Source: Bacillota bacterium
GTDB lineage: Bacteria; Bacillota; Desulfotomaculia; Desulfotomaculales; Desulfocucumaceae
NCBI GenBank assembly: GCA_049325055.1
Contig: JBMOPB010000013.1
Span: 5,120-69,119, forward strand
Direction of reading: 5' to 3'
DNA: 64,000 nt
Position 1 is the first letter of the stretch, and each line of letters starts with the position of its first letter. The translations under genes were made by a program, and so were the position numbers. The notes beneath the pieces were generated by a model that saw only the letters and a program-made list of their open reading frames with translations, had not been told where the DNA came from and did no database searches. Shown in pieces: positions 63,724 through 64,000 of this stretch.

Positions 63724-64000
63724 TTGAATAAGAAAATACTGATAGCAGCAATTGTGATGCTCACTACAGTTCTGATCATATCTTCATGCGCCAGGGGGCC
63801 GCAGAAGAGTCCGGGGCTTTACAAGTACAAGTCCGAGCCCACCATCAGCCTTTATGACAATAAAACCGGTGAAAAAAAGAATATCAAGCTTGAAGAATAC
63901 CTGGCGGGGGTTGTGGCGGCCGAAATGGAGCCCACCTGGCCGGTTAACGCCCTGGCCGCTCAGGCCATAATTGCCCGGACCTTCACAATGGAGAACATCG
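63724..64000 (+). CDS. spoIID: Stage II sporulation protein D (SpoIID), N-terminal part, truncated by window end
   Basis: Open frame from TTG 63724 (GGGGAGG RBS) to the window edge. N-terminal TM/lipobox-like segment, then LEEYLAGVVAAEMEPTWPVNALAAQAIIARTFT, matching the conserved SpoIID core start. Not in the ORF track because no stop lies within the window. Confidence 0.8.
   Translation, partial: MNKKILIAAIVMLTTVLIISSCARGPQKSPGLYKYKSEPTISLYDNKTGEKKNIKLEEYLAGVVAAEMEPTWPVNALAAQAIIARTFTMENI

Overview
This 64 kb window is a chromosomal segment from an endospore-forming Firmicute. Gene content and moderately GC-rich, GGAGG-type RBS usage suggest Clostridia/Peptococcaceae, but the taxon is inference only. 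The window is almost fully coding and mostly on the + strand. It is colinear with the origin-proximal Bacillus subtilis backbone: tRNA-Ser, SRP RNA, dnaX, ybaB, recR, bofA, csfB(gin), Orn/Lys/Arg decarboxylase, tmk, holB, yaaT, yabA, rsmI, abrB(-), T-box-metG, tatD, yabE, rsmA, yabG ... ispE ... spoVG, glmU, prs, ctc/L25, pth, mfd, prsA-like, spoVT, mazG/yabN, hup, yabO, and spoIID (cut by the window end). Several lineage-specific blocks interrupt that backbone. They are a bioA-D-F-H-C cluster with a BirA-type operator (no bioB in the window), a P-loop NTPase plus a four-subunit 2-oxoacid:ferredoxin oxidoreductase, cobO plus two convergent TerC genes, and a GntR/NTP-transferase/ilvA group. The most notable block is about 14 kb (30.7-44.9 kb) between yabG and ispE. 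It holds an orphan large serine recombinase, a signal-less trypsin-fold protease, a secreted triple-CAP protein, a SPOCS(DUF3794)x3-LysM protein and a SPOCS-jelly-roll protein. It also holds three small proteins sharing a P-A-L-L motif (two are clear paralogs), an L,D-transpeptidase-LysM protein and a DUF1540 mini-gene below the ORF-track size cutoff. Intergenic regions carry an unusual family of hairpin-forming repeats whose arms are arrays of degenerate tandem heptamers. A roughly 740 bp non-coding gap with nested complementary segments precedes spoIID. I saw no rRNA, CRISPR array, transposase or phage structural genes. All start codons were refined by eye from RBS spacing and homolog N-termini and are less certain than the stops.
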